Below, one piece after another: positions 6,251 through 16,313 of a stretch of 32,000 nucleotides of DNA. The stretch comes from Akkermansia muciniphila ATCC BAA-835 (GTDB lineage Bacteria > Verrucomicrobiota > Verrucomicrobiia > Verrucomicrobiales > Akkermansiaceae): assembly GCF_000020225.1 (NCBI RefSeq), contig NC_010655.1, forward strand, positions 2,400,001 through 2,432,000. The letters are read 5' to 3'. The translations under genes and the position numbers were made by a program. Under the pieces are notes generated by a model. The model worked only from the letters and a program-made list of their open reading frames with translations. It made no database searches and was not told where the DNA came from. How positions within the stretch are numbered: the first letter of the stretch is position 1; each line of letters opens with the position of its first letter.

Positions 6251-8249
6251 GGATATCCGGACGGCCCTGCTTGGCAAGTTCCTCCACCAGGGCGGGAAGG
6301 AGAACCTTGTGGCCGGCGGCCAGAGAGCTCATGCCGATCATGTGCACGTCGTTTTCAATCGCCATTTTGGCAGTTTCCTCCGGCGTCTGGAAGAGCGGGC
6401 CCACGTCCACGTCAAAACCGAGGTCGGCATAGGCGGAGGAGACCACCTTGGCGCCGCGGTCATGGCCGTCCTGGCCCATTTTGGCGACAAGGATGCGGGG
6501 ACGACGCCCCGTGCGTTCGGCGAAGTCATCCGTCATCTTGCGGACTTCCTCCACCAGCGGATCTTGACCATAGGATTGAGCGTACACGCCGGTAATGAGT
6601 TTGATTGGTGCTTTATGACGCCCGAAGTGTTTTTCCAGGGCGGAGGAGATTTCACCCAGGGAGGCGCGGGCCTTGGCCGCCTTGATGGCAAGGTCAAGGA
6701 GATTGCCTTCCCCCGTGCGGGCGCATTCGGACAGGGCTTCCAGCGCGGCTTCGCACGCGGCGGAGTCCCGTTCCGCGCGCAGTTTCTGCAGGCGGGCGAT
6801 CTGGGCTTCCCGGACGGTGGTGTTGTCCACTTCCAGAATATCGATCTGGGCTTCCTGTTCCAGACGGTATTTGTTAACGCCGATGATGGGTTCCTTTCCG
6901 GAGTCAATGGCGGCCTGGCGGCGCGCTGCGGCTTCTTCAATGCGCATCTTGGGCAGCCCGGTTTCAATGGCCTTGGCCATGCCTCCGAGTTTTTCCACTT
7001 CCTGAAGGTGGGCCCAGCCCTTGCGAATGAGCTCATTGGTCAGGTATTCCACATAGTAGGAACCGCCCCACGGGTCGATTACCTTGCAGATGGTGGTTTC
7101 ATCCTGAAGATGAAGCTGGGTGTTGCGGGCGATGCGGGCGGAGAAGTCCGTCGGCAGGGCAATCGCTTCGTCCAGGGAGTTCGTGTGCAGGGACTGCGTA
7201 TGGCCGCAGGCAGCGGCTAGGGCCTCAATGCAGGTGCGGGTGACGTTGTTGAACGGGTCCTGTTCCGTGAGGGACCAGCCGGAAGTCTGGGAGTGCGTGC
7301 GCAAGGCCAGGGACTTCGGGTTCTTGGGATTGAACTGCTTGATGAGTTTGGCCCACAGCACGCGGGCGGCGCGCATTTTGGCCACTTCCATGAAGTAATT
7401 CTTGCCCTGGGCCCAGAAGAAGGAAAGACGCGGCGCGAAGGCGTCAATGTCAATGCCCGCCTTGATCCCGGTGCGGACATATTCTAGGCCGTCCGCAAGG
7501 GTGTAGGCCATTTCCAGGTCCGCCGTAGCGCCGGCCTCCTGCATGTGGTAGCCGGAGATGGAAATGGAGTTAAACTTGGGCATGTACTTGGAGGTGAACT
7601 CAAAGATGTCCGCAATAATCCTCATGGAGGGATCAGGCGGGTAAATGTAGGTGTTGCGCACCATGTATTCCTTGAGAATGTCATTCTGGATCGTGCCGGA
7701 GAGCTGGTCCAGCGTGCAGCCCTGTTCCTGGGCGGCGACGATGTAGAAGGCCAGCACGGGCAACACGGCGCCGTTCATGGTCATGGAAACGGACATTTTG
7801 TCCAGGGGAATGCCCTTGAAGAGGATTTCCATGTCCAGAATGGAGTCCACGGCCACGCCGGCCTTGCCCACGTCACCCACCACGCGGGGGTGATCGGAGT
7901 CATAGCCGCGGTGCGTCGCCAGGTCAAAGGCAATGGAAAGGCCCTTCTGGCCCGCCGCCAGGTTGCGGCGGTAGAAGGCATTGGATTCCTCAGCCGTGGA
8001 AAAGCCGGCGTACTGGCGCACCGTCCAGGGGCGCGCCACATACATGGTGGCATACGGTCCGCGGAGGTTGGGAGCCACACCGGCCGTAAAGTCCAGGTGC
8101 AGGCAGTCGTCGTACACGCTTTCCGAGTAGGTGGGCGGCACGGGAATTTGTTCATTGGTCATCCAGGTTTCCGTTTCGGAAGCCGGGGACGGGGCACCAG
8201 CCTTGATTTCAGGATAGGAGGCGGATGCAAAATCAGGAATATTGCTCAT
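6105..8249 (-). CDS. mutB: Methylmalonyl-CoA mutase large (alpha, catalytic) subunit
   Basis: 714 aa. It has the canonical MCM alpha motifs ([51 protein letters not shown]) and a C-terminal B12-binding domain with DxHxxG ([12 protein letters not shown]). Confidence 0.95.
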   Translation of the reverse strand: MSNIPDFASASYPEIKAGAPSPASETETWMTNEQIPVPPTYSESVYDDCLHLDFTAGVAPNLRGPYATMYVARPWTVRQYAGFSTAEESNAFYRRNLAAGQKGLSIAFDLATHRGYDSDHPRVVGDVGKAGVAVDSILDMEILFKGIPLDKMSVSMTMNGAVLPVLAFYIVAAQEQGCTLDQLSGTIQNDILKEYMVRNTYIYPPDPSMRIIADIFEFTSKYMPKFNSISISGYHMQEAGATADLEMAYTLADGLEYVRTGIKAGIDIDAFAPRLSFFWAQGKNYFMEVAKMRAARVLWAKLIKQFNPKNPKSLALRTHSQTSGWSLTEQDPFNNVTRTCIEALAAACGHTQSLHTNSLDEAIALPTDFSARIARNTQLHLQDETTICKVIDPWGGSYYVEYLTNELIRKGWAHLQEVEKLGGMAKAIETGLPKMRIEEAAARRQAAIDSGKEPIIGVNKYRLEQEAQIDILEVDNTTVREAQIARLQKLRAERDSAACEAALEALSECARTGEGNLLDLAIKAAKARASLGEISSALEKHFGRHKAPIKLITGVYAQSYGQDPLVEEVRKMTDDFAERTGRRPRILVAKMGQDGHDRGAKVVSSAYADLGFDVDVGPLFQTPEETAKMAIENDVHMIGMSSLAAGHKVLLPALVEELAKQGRPDILVFCGGVIPAQDYDFLKEHGAVAIFGPGTNIPEASREIMEALNEQYAD

Positions 8250-8272
8250 TGGGTGGAATAGGTTGGTGGTTA

Positions 8273-10327
8273 TTAAAGGCCGATTTTGTTTTGAATGGCT
8301 TCAACGGTGTTGTAGCAGTTGGCCTTGACGTGGATGAAGATGTCCACGCCGGCTTCCTTGAATGCTTCCACATAGTCGGCCGGATAACCGGCAAGGGCCA
8401 CCATCATGTCCGGTCTGGTCTCCCTGAGAGCCTTGCAGAAGGCGGGGACGATTTCCGGATAAGTGTCATCCGTGGAGCAGATGACGCACACGGCGCAGCC
8501 GCTTTCCGCAGCTGCCCTGGCCGCGTCTTCCGGAGTTTGGAAGCCGGCCGGATAAACCACATCCAGACCGCCGGCGCGCAGGAAGTCGCGGGAGAAGTCC
8601 GCGCGGGCCTTGTGCTGGCGGAGCGGCCCCATGTTGGCGAAGAAGACCATCGGGCGGGAACCCTTTTCTGCCACCCAGGCGTCAGCCTTGGCGAGCAGGG
8701 ATTCAAAACGTTCCGCCAGGCGGCGCTTCGGCAGGGCTTCCATTTCCAGGGGTTCGCCGCACTTGCAGTCAGCGCCGGCCACCAGGGCCTTGTTGATAAG
8801 GCAGGTGGAAAAGCCTTCTTCGGCGGCCTTGCAGGCGGAGTCCACGCTCATTTCCACGACCGGGAGCTGAATATCCGCATTCTTGCAGCAGCCGTGGCCC
8901 TTGTGGGCGGAACAGCAGGAGCCTTCCGGAACTTCCAGCTTTTTCTCCGCCAGGTTGACATACTGGTTGACGCCCACGATGGACTGCCGGCGCTGGTCCG
9001 CCAGCTCGTAACGCCTGGCGGCGGTGGCGTTCACCTTCTTCTGGATGCTGCCGGCTTTGAGGGCCTTGACGATGCCGCCTTCCTTTTCGATGCCCTGGAA
9101 GAATTCCCATATCTTCCGGGAGGCTTCATCCGTCAGGTTTTCCAGGTACCAGGAACCGCCGGCGGGGTCAACGACCTTGTCCAGATTGCATTCGCCCAGC
9201 AGAATCAGCGGGCAGTTGCGGGCAATGCGGCGAGAGAATTCGTCCGGCATGCGCACGGCAGCGTCAAAGGGAAGAACGTCAATACTGTCCACGCCGCCCA
9301 TGATGGCGGAGAACGCCTGGGCGGAGCCGCGCAGCAGGTTGACCCAGGGATCCACCTTGGAGAGGGTCCAGAAGGAGGTGCGGGCATGGAGCTTGATTTT
9401 GGCAGCTTCCTCGCTGCCGCCGCATTCTTTTACGATGATGGCCCAAAGTTCGCGCAGAGCGCGGATTTTGGCGATTTCCAGGAACAGGTTGGCGCCGATG
9501 GAAACCGTAAAGCGCATGTGCGCCGCAGTTTCATCCACGGAGAGGCCGCGTTCCTCCATGGCGCGCAGGTAGGCCACGGCAGTGGACAGCATGGCGCCCA
9601 CTTCCTCAAAGGCGGAAGCTCCGGAGTCCGCGTAAGGCAGCCCGCTGACGCCGATGGTCTGGAAGCCGGGAGCGTTGGCAACAGCCCATTTGGTCATCAC
9701 GGCCATCTGGTCATAGTAGGCGCAGATGCCCTTCCCCCCGCAAAGGGAGCCCTTCATCACAGCTTTCCCCACCGGGTCATACAGAACGCCGCCCTTGAGG
9801 TCCGCCGTCTTGACGCCGGCGGCCTTGCAGGTGTTCAGGAACATGGAGAGGGTTCCCAGGCCGCAGGAACCGGGAGTGACATATACGGGAAGCCCGTCCA
9901 GCCGGACGCCCCTGAGGGCCGCATCCCAGTCAGCCTGCTTGCGCAGCTTCAGGCCGCATTTGCAGTTGAGCTGAACGTTTACGGCGGTCAGGCCGCGGTC
10001 CAGGTCATGCAGAAGCTTGGCGTTGAAGTCTTCCGGAGAGGAAGCGGGAATGCTCTGGGCGATTTCGCAGGGCTTTTCCATATAGCCCAGGGCGCGCGTT
10101 CCGCGGCGGTACGGAAATTGCCCGGCAGGCATTACCGGGGAATGTTCATCCCATTTGTTATAGATGGGATGCAGGGTAATTCCCTCCACAAGCTTGGTAA
10201 AAAGCTTTTTGTCAAAATCAGCCCCTTTCAGGGCAGCGACTGCTGCCTCGCGCCATTCGGCGTATGTGGCTGGTGCGAATTCTCCGAAATCAATTTCCGG
10301 AGCCGTTGTTTTATTTCCCTGTTGCAT
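8273..10327 (-). CDS. mutA: Methylmalonyl-CoA mutase small (beta) subunit
   Basis: 684 aa with an MCM fold ([24 protein letters not shown]). The C-terminal Rossmann-like domain lacks the DxHxxG cobalamin ligand ([17 protein letters not shown]), as expected for a beta subunit. It ends 23 nt upstream of mutB, matching the mutA-mutB gene order in propionibacteria. Confidence 0.9.
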   Translation of the reverse strand: MQQGNKTTAPEIDFGEFAPATYAEWREAAVAALKGADFDKKLFTKLVEGITLHPIYNKWDEHSPVMPAGQFPYRRGTRALGYMEKPCEIAQSIPASSPEDFNAKLLHDLDRGLTAVNVQLNCKCGLKLRKQADWDAALRGVRLDGLPVYVTPGSCGLGTLSMFLNTCKAAGVKTADLKGGVLYDPVGKAVMKGSLCGGKGICAYYDQMAVMTKWAVANAPGFQTIGVSGLPYADSGASAFEEVGAMLSTAVAYLRAMEERGLSVDETAAHMRFTVSIGANLFLEIAKIRALRELWAIIVKECGGSEEAAKIKLHARTSFWTLSKVDPWVNLLRGSAQAFSAIMGGVDSIDVLPFDAAVRMPDEFSRRIARNCPLILLGECNLDKVVDPAGGSWYLENLTDEASRKIWEFFQGIEKEGGIVKALKAGSIQKKVNATAARRYELADQRRQSIVGVNQYVNLAEKKLEVPEGSCCSAHKGHGCCKNADIQLPVVEMSVDSACKAAEEGFSTCLINKALVAGADCKCGEPLEMEALPKRRLAERFESLLAKADAWVAEKGSRPMVFFANMGPLRQHKARADFSRDFLRAGGLDVVYPAGFQTPEDAARAAAESGCAVCVICSTDDTYPEIVPAFCKALRETRPDMMVALAGYPADYVEAFKEAGVDIFIHVKANCYNTVEAIQNKIGL

Positions 10328-10492
10328 GGCGAAGTCAATGGGTAAGGCCTAATATGTTGGTTTTTAACTATGCGCAAACCAGGCCAAGTTTAAAGCGCAA
10401 CATTATTTTAGGAAATCAAAGTGTAAAGTCCAGCGAGAAAAATACTCCCGTCCGCCCGCAAATGCGAATTTGCTGCATCACGCGAGGCAAAC

Positions 10493-10521
10493 TTGCAAAA
10501 ACGCTGTCCATGGCGTAAATA
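10493..10521 (+). promoter_or_regulatory. Candidate sigma70-type promoter of the 10533-17741 operon
   Basis: TTGCAA (10493-10498), a 17-nt spacer, then TAAATA (10516-10521). This would give a 5' UTR of only a few nt before the ATG at 10533. The -10 lacks the terminal T, so this is a weak call. Confidence 0.25.
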
Positions 10522-10532
10522 CGGGAATAAGC

Positions 10533-13163
10533 ATGCCCCCTTCTACTACCGTCAAACTCCCTCCCCAGCTGGTCCGGCAGCTCCGAACTTTCCGGCGCCG
10601 CCTCAGAACGGCGAAGATGCTGGAAGCCGTATGCCTTGCAGGCATTGCCGTCATTCTTTCCTACGCGCTCCTGTACCTTTCCGACAGATTGTGGGAGACG
10701 CCCCCCGCCGTCGGCTGGCTCCTGTTTTTCATCGCCGTGTCCGGCCTGGCGGTGTTTATTCCCTGGTGGAGTTTCCGGTGGGTGTGGCAGAGGCGCACGG
10801 AATCCCAGCTGGCGCGGCTGATTTCCCGGACGGACGCGGCCCTGGGGGATCGTCTCCTGGGCGTCATCGAACTGGATTCCGAAAAGCACGGCCGCCAATA
10901 CGGTTCCGAAAAACTGAAAGAGGCGGCCATGGAGCAGGTGGCCCGCGAAGTGTCCGCCCGGGACCTGACGGCTAACATCCCCCGGCCCAGCCACAGAAAG
11001 CTGTTCGTCCTGCTGACGGTTCTCGCCGCATGCACGGCGGCCGTATGTGCGGTAAGCCCGGAAGCGGCAGGGAATGCCCTGAAACGCTGGGTCCGCCCGT
11101 TCAATCCTCCGGAACGCTATACGTTCACCCAGCTGGCCCCCACCCCGGATTCCCTGGTCATTCCCCTGGGAGAGAGCTGCCTGTATGAGATCCGGCTGGC
11201 GGAGGGAACCAAAACCCGCCCGCAGACGGCAGAGTATTTTTTCCGCAACAGGGTGAGCCAGCAGGCGCCTCTTGCGGACGGCACATACAAGATCCACATC
11301 CCCCCCATGCAACAGGCGGACAACCTGGAGTTTTTTGCAGGGGATGCCGTGCGACGGCTGAACATCATCCCGAAGGGGCGCCCTTCCCTGCTGGGGGCCG
11401 AAGCCGGCGTGGCCTATCCTGCCTATATGGCGCGCGCCAACGGCAGGGAAGCCATGAGAGCAGGAGTTATTTCCGCCCCGGAAGGCTCTACGCTGACGTT
11501 GAAGGTGTCCGCCTCCCAGCGCCTGCAGTCTGCGGAGGACGCGCAGGGCCAGCCGCTCCGGGTGGACGGAAGCAGCGTCATCATTCCGAACATCCTTTTG
11601 GAGAAAGAGCCCAGGGAAATAGAGCTTGACTGGATGGACAGCGACGGGCTGGCTGCTTCCCGGCCCGTGAAGATACGACTGGAACCCATTGAAGACAAAC
11701 AGCCTTCAATTTACCTGAGAGGCGGCGAAAACGACCGCTACGTGCTGGAGGATACCAGCATTGAACTGGAGGTAGAGGCGGCGGACGATTTCGGCCTCCG
11801 GGAAATGGGGGTGGAATGGCAGGGTGAAAAATCCTTTTACGACGGCAATGAGGGTGAAAACGGGGCCTCAGCTCCAAAACCGGCCGGTGCGGACAAACCG
11901 GCGCCCGGCCTCCGCGGGGAGAAAGTGCTGGCGGACGGACAGCCCACGCAGACCGGGCTGAAAGGAACATTCCTGTTCCAGGCCAGGGCGCTGAAGTTAT
12001 CTCCCCAGCGCGTCGTCATCCGCGGGTTTACGCAGGATTACAAACCGGGAGGCAGGCGCGTTTATTCGGAACCCATGATTATTTTCGTCCTTTCCAAGTC
12101 CGAGCACGCCCAGATGATCCGCAATGAACTGGAACGCATCACCAGCGAGCTGGAAGGCATGATCCGCCGCATGGACGCCATGGCGGACGAGGCAAAACGG
12201 CTGAAAGGAATGGAAAGCGGCAAATTGAAAGATGCGGAGTCCCAGGAACGCCTGCACGCCCTGGCCGATGAAGAGCAGGCCAACAGGCGCGAGTTGGGAG
12301 ACTTGCTCAACCGCTCGGAAAGCCTGTTTAAGGAAGCCTCCCGCAATTCCCAGATAGACCCGGCCGGCATGAAGGAATTCATGAAAGGAATTTCCATGCT
12401 CAAACCCATTCCCGACGGGCCCATGAAGATGGCCCAGAAGCAGTTCCGGGATTCCGCCTCCGAGAGCCGCTCCGAGCAGGAAAGCAGGAAGGACCTGAAC
12501 GACGGGGAGAATTCCCATTCCGAAGCCACACAGGCGCTGAAAGACACCATGAACCAGCTCTCCAAGTCCGCGCAGGACATGGAGGCCAGCACATTCGTGG
12601 CACGGCTCAGGCAGGCCGCATCCAAGGAGGATTCCATCGCCCATGCACTGGCCGGCCAGATCAACACCATTGCGGGCATGACCATGGAGGAGCTTGACCC
12701 TTCCACCAGGCGTGAAATGGAAACCATCGCCACCCTTCAAAACGCCTCCACGCAGGACATAGGCTGGATTCTGGAAGACCTCAGCTATTACAAGTCACGC
12801 ACCGGGGAGCGCATTTACAGCGACCTGTACAACCAGATGAACGCTTTCTCCCTCCGGGATAAGCTGGACCTGGTGCACGGCAATATCCTGAACGCAATCA
12901 CGGCCCGCTCCATTGACGAGTCCCGCCTGTATGCCTCCACCCTGCGCCATTGGGCCAAATTGATAGACGACTATAAGAAGAGCCGCCGCGGCGGCGGGGG
13001 AGGAGGAGGCGGCGGGGGAGGCAGCCAGTCCTCCATTTCCGATGCCGAGTTTGAATTCATGCTGAAACTCATCCGCATGATCCAACAGGAACAGGATATC
13101 CGCATGCGCACCCGCGCCGCCGAACAGGAACACCGCAAAAAATTTACCCTACCTGCCCCATGA
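10533..13163 (+). CDS. Large membrane-anchored coiled-coil protein of unknown function (DUF4175-like architecture)
   Basis: The track ORF begins at 10470. I prefer the ATG at 10533 (MPPSTTVKLPPQLVRQLR...). The protein has two N-terminal TM helices (AVCLAGIAVILSYALLYL; WLLFFIAVSGLAVFIPWW), a beta-rich middle with a DDFGL motif, a long charged coiled coil, an 11-residue poly-Gly run and a helical tail. The DUF4175/TIGR02302 resemblance is from memory and unverified. Confidence 0.7.
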   Translation: MPPSTTVKLPPQLVRQLRTFRRRLRTAKMLEAVCLAGIAVILSYALLYLSDRLWETPPAVGWLLFFIAVSGLAVFIPWWSFRWVWQRRTESQLARLISRTDAALGDRLLGVIELDSEKHGRQYGSEKLKEAAMEQVAREVSARDLTANIPRPSHRKLFVLLTVLAACTAAVCAVSPEAAGNALKRWVRPFNPPERYTFTQLAPTPDSLVIPLGESCLYEIRLAEGTKTRPQTAEYFFRNRVSQQAPLADGTYKIHIPPMQQADNLEFFAGDAVRRLNIIPKGRPSLLGAEAGVAYPAYMARANGREAMRAGVISAPEGSTLTLKVSASQRLQSAEDAQGQPLRVDGSSVIIPNILLEKEPREIELDWMDSDGLAASRPVKIRLEPIEDKQPSIYLRGGENDRYVLEDTSIELEVEAADDFGLREMGVEWQGEKSFYDGNEGENGASAPKPAGADKPAPGLRGEKVLADGQPTQTGLKGTFLFQARALKLSPQRVVIRGFTQDYKPGGRRVYSEPMIIFVLSKSEHAQMIRNELERITSELEGMIRRMDAMADEAKRLKGMESGKLKDAESQERLHALADEEQANRRELGDLLNRSESLFKEASRNSQIDPAGMKEFMKGISMLKPIPDGPMKMAQKQFRDSASESRSEQESRKDLNDGENSHSEATQALKDTMNQLSKSAQDMEASTFVARLRQAASKEDSIAHALAGQINTIAGMTMEELDPSTRREMETIATLQNASTQDIGWILEDLSYYKSRTGERIYSDLYNQMNAFSLRDKLDLVHGNILNAITARSIDESRLYASTLRHWAKLIDDYKKSRRGGGGGGGGGGGSQSSISDAEFEFMLKLIRMIQQEQDIRMRTRAAEQEHRKKFTLPAP

Positions 13164-13813
13164 ATACCGCCAATTTCCCAGCCATGATTCTGGCACTTTC
13201 CCTGCCCTGCGCCGCCGCTCCGGCCCCTGCTCCGGAATATTCCGCCAAGCACAAGGAAACGGCATCCAAACTGGCAGTACAACAGGACGAGCTCCAGGCG
13301 GACACTTCCGACCTTATCCTGGGAGAAACCAATGAGGAAGTAGTGGAACTGCTGAAAAAATGCCGCCATGCCATGAATGACGCCGTGGACCTGCTGGAAG
13401 TTTACAATACCGGAGGCCAGACGCTGGCCGCGCAGTCGGATGTGATTGAATTGATTTACCAGGCAGCCAAGGCCAAGATGACCGGGGCCGACGGCCAGCC
13501 CAAGCCGGGAGGAAGAGCTCTTATGGACATGCTGCGCCAACTGCTCGGCATGGATCATGACGCCCAGTCCGCAGAACAGCAGGAAGGGGATGAAAAAGGG
13601 CAGGAAGGTTCCCAGAAAGGCAGCGGCAACAATTCCGGACGCGGAACGAATGGAAAATCCAATATGGCCTCCTCCCAGGATAAAGGCGTTTCCAATCCGG
13701 ACACGGCTGTGGAAACGCGTTCCGTTCCCAAATCCACCGGCATGTCCGCAGACGACATGCCTTCCGAATTCCGCAAGGCGCTGGACGCCTACAACAAGAC
13801 TTTACAGAGGTAA
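13160..13813 (+). CDS. Secreted acidic, low-complexity protein of unknown function
   Basis: 217 aa. Its ATG overlaps the upstream stop (ATGA at 13160-13163). It has a signal peptide (MNTANFPAMILALSLPCAAAPAPA), a helical N-terminal half and a Gly/Ser/Gln/Glu-rich disordered C-terminal half. Confidence 0.6.
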   Translation: MNTANFPAMILALSLPCAAAPAPAPEYSAKHKETASKLAVQQDELQADTSDLILGETNEEVVELLKKCRHAMNDAVDLLEVYNTGGQTLAAQSDVIELIYQAAKAKMTGADGQPKPGGRALMDMLRQLLGMDHDAQSAEQQEGDEKGQEGSQKGSGNNSGRGTNGKSNMASSQDKGVSNPDTAVETRSVPKSTGMSADDMPSEFRKALDAYNKTLQR

Positions 13814-13868
13814 AACGCCCCTCTCCGGACACAGCCCTTTCACGCATGAACAGCAACTTCCCGTTTCC

Positions 13869-14870
13869 ATGAAAAATCCCCGCCTCCTGCTTACCGCTTT
13901 CTTGACCTGCTGCATGACGGCCGCACCGCAAAACGCAGCGGCCCAATCCCCCATGAGAACGTCTTCTTCCGTGCCTCCCCAGGTGGAACTGATGTATGTG
14001 AAGGGACTACGCTATCTTCAGAATGCCCAGAAAACGGATGGAACCTATGATGGAACTTACGGGAGGGAGCCCGGCATCATCGGCTTTTGCCTTATGTCCG
14101 TGCTGGCTCACGGAGACGATCCGAACGCGGGGCCGTACGCCACCATGGTGCGCCGCTGCGTAGATTACATCCTGTCCAAGCAGAACAAGGTATCCGGCTA
14201 CATTGGGGATTCCATGTACAACCACGGCTTCGCCACTCTCGCCCTGGCGGAAGCCTACGGCATGGTGCGGGACGACCGCATAGGCCCCGCCCTCCGCAAG
14301 GCCGTAGCTCTGACACTGACCGCCCAGAAAAAAAACAAAACGGGAGGCTGGCGCTATTCCCCGGAATCCACGGACGCAGACAGCACGGTGACCGGCTGCC
14401 AGCTTGTCTCCCTGTTCGCGGCGCGCAACGCGGGCATTCCCGTGCCGGACGAGGCTTTTGAACGCGGCCTCAAGTACATGGCTTCCTGCCGCGACAAGAA
14501 AGGCGCCTACGGCTACACCGGGCCGGCGGGTCCCCGCGTCACCCTCACGGCCATCGGTTCCCTGACGCTGTCCCTGGCGCGCCTTAAAACGGACCCGTCC
14601 TTCAAGGATTCCCTGGCCTACCTGAAAAAGCACCTGAATTACCGGGATTCCACTTATCCGTTTTATTTTGAATATTACATGTCACAGGCCCTGTTCCATG
14701 CGGACCAGGAAGTGTGGAAGGAATGGAATTACAAAAATATGCGCTATCTGGGAGCCTCCCAGGCGCCCAACGGGTCCTGGCTTTCCGATCATTCCGCGGC
14801 ATATTCCACTTCCGCCGCCCTGCTTTCCCTTGCGCTTAATTACAGATTTCTACCCATCTATGAACAATAG
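13869..14870 (+). CDS. Secreted prenyltransferase/squalene-oxidase-repeat (alpha-alpha toroid) protein
   Basis: In-frame ATG at 13869 with a signal peptide (MKNPRLLLTAFLTCCMTAAPQNAAAQ). It has recurrent QW-like repeats (QKTDGTYDG, NKTGGWRYSPE, DKKGAYGYTG, APNGSWLSD), typical of the PVC-superphylum prenyltransferase-like family. Confidence 0.75.
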   Translation: MKNPRLLLTAFLTCCMTAAPQNAAAQSPMRTSSSVPPQVELMYVKGLRYLQNAQKTDGTYDGTYGREPGIIGFCLMSVLAHGDDPNAGPYATMVRRCVDYILSKQNKVSGYIGDSMYNHGFATLALAEAYGMVRDDRIGPALRKAVALTLTAQKKNKTGGWRYSPESTDADSTVTGCQLVSLFAARNAGIPVPDEAFERGLKYMASCRDKKGAYGYTGPAGPRVTLTAIGSLTLSLARLKTDPSFKDSLAYLKKHLNYRDSTYPFYFEYYMSQALFHADQEVWKEWNYKNMRYLGASQAPNGSWLSDHSAAYSTSAALLSLALNYRFLPIYEQ

Positions 14871-16302
14871 AATCCGCCTTTCCCTGCTGCTGGCCCCGGC
14901 CTGCCTGCTGACCGCCTGGGCCAATTCCGTCATCGACGTGGTTACGGATAACAATTACCGCCTCCGCGGGGAAATCATTTCTTACGGGAAACAGGGCATC
15001 GTCATCAAGCACCCGGCCATGCGCCAGAACGCCGTCATTCTCCCGTCGGGAATCCGCGCTCTTTACTTTACAGGAACCGCCTCTCCGGATCTTCGCGCCC
15101 GGGACAAAATTTTCATGGCTGCGGGGCACAGGGACATTATCCCGTGCAATATCATTTCCATCACACAGGACAAAGTGCAGTACCGGGACATGCTGGGCCA
15201 TGAACGTTCCGTTCCCCGCAGCCAGGTGGCCGGGTTCCGGCTGAATACGCTGCAGGAAAAGGGCTTCTGGCAGGAACCGCTGATTTTTGACAACAGCTGG
15301 GTTTATTCCGGCAACCGGGAGGAAGACTACCGCACCCAGGCGGGGAGAAAACTGATGAATGCCCTGAAGCCGAAAGTCCAGGGGGACAAGTACCAGTACC
15401 GGCTGGGCAACAATGATTACCCCACCTGGATACCCCTGTACAAGAATATCGGCCTGGATCCTTCCTCCTTCACCTTCCGCACCACCATCACCATGGACGG
15501 CAATAATGACCGCTCCGGCATTGTCTTCTGTTTCGGGGGGAATGAAAATATTCCTTTCCGGTCCAATTCCGGCAGCAACCTGAACAGGCTCATGCTCAGC
15601 ATCTCGCCCGGAAAATGCACCCTGCTCCGGGAACAGAAATCCGGCATCCTCGTGCTGGGGGAAGCGGCCATTCCGGCCCCCATTCTGACGGAGGGCGTGG
15701 ATATTCAATTGACAGCCTCCCGCCAGGGTGGAAACAAGCAGGTTTACGAGCTGTTGATAGGCGATCTGCCGCCCAGACTGATAACAGACCCCAGCCCGCC
15801 GGAACAGCCATTACAGGGAGACGCCTTCGGCCTCCAGATGGAAGGGCACGTGTCCCTGACCATCAGCAAACTGGCCCTTTCCTCCATCACCCTGAGCGCC
15901 AAATCCGTGGCCAAAAACGGGAATGCAGAGACAGACCTTGTCCTGACAAAGGAAGAAGACGCCATTCCGGGTTCCGTCAGCGGTTACGACAGCAAAACCG
16001 GAACGCTGACGCTTTCCACGGACAAGGATTATCCGGGCATTCCCCGTGATTTTTCCATCCCGGCCAAGTATCTGGATACCGTCTTTTTTGCGGAACAGAA
16101 CAGGAAAGACGACTCCCGCCCCCCAGCCCGCCACAGCCTCCAGATGAAGGACGGTTCCCGCCTGCACGGAGATATTCTGAGCATGGATTCCCTGAATATC
16201 ATCCTGCGGCATCCGCAGCTCGGACAGATTTCCCTGCCGCTGAAAAACATCACCCGCGTGGAATTCCTGAATCCCGCCCAGCCATCCCGTTCCACTCCCT
16301 GA
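14860..16302 (+). CDS. Secreted protein of unknown function (paralog of 16314-17741)
   Basis: Preferred ATG at 14860 (MNNRIRLSLLLAPACLLTAWA signal peptide), overlapping the upstream gene by 11 nt. Architecture: two ~40-aa beta repeats, a central jelly-roll-like region (FTFRTTITMDGNNDRSGIVFCFGG), then two more ~40-aa repeats. Confidence 0.7.
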   Translation: MNNRIRLSLLLAPACLLTAWANSVIDVVTDNNYRLRGEIISYGKQGIVIKHPAMRQNAVILPSGIRALYFTGTASPDLRARDKIFMAAGHRDIIPCNIISITQDKVQYRDMLGHERSVPRSQVAGFRLNTLQEKGFWQEPLIFDNSWVYSGNREEDYRTQAGRKLMNALKPKVQGDKYQYRLGNNDYPTWIPLYKNIGLDPSSFTFRTTITMDGNNDRSGIVFCFGGNENIPFRSNSGSNLNRLMLSISPGKCTLLREQKSGILVLGEAAIPAPILTEGVDIQLTASRQGGNKQVYELLIGDLPPRLITDPSPPEQPLQGDAFGLQMEGHVSLTISKLALSSITLSAKSVAKNGNAETDLVLTKEEDAIPGSVSGYDSKTGTLTLSTDKDYPGIPRDFSIPAKYLDTVFFAEQNRKDDSRPPARHSLQMKDGSRLHGDILSMDSLNIILRHPQLGQISLPLKNITRVEFLNPAQPSRSTP

Positions 16303-16313
16303 TTGATCCCGCC

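Noticed and set aside
8225-10345. 706-aa plus-strand ORF (also 6195-7220 and 7545-8261)
   Set aside because: These are antisense shadows of mutA and mutB, whose own frames carry unmistakable MCM motifs.
10328-10470. Possible cobalamin riboswitch upstream of mutA
   Set aside because: There is no B12-box-like sequence or extended conserved helices on the minus strand. The region is short and AT-rich, like an ordinary promoter.
10416-12740. Minus-strand ORFs 10416-11312, 11997-12740 and 12062-12733
   Set aside because: They are shadow frames opposite the large plus-strand membrane or coiled-coil gene. Their composition is low-complexity, and they have no start context or motifs.
12990-13022. 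GGN-rich run considered as a tandem nucleotide repeat or variable-number repeat
   Set aside because: The codons are mixed (GGC/GGG/GGA) with no exact repeating DNA unit. It is better described as a poly-Gly linker.
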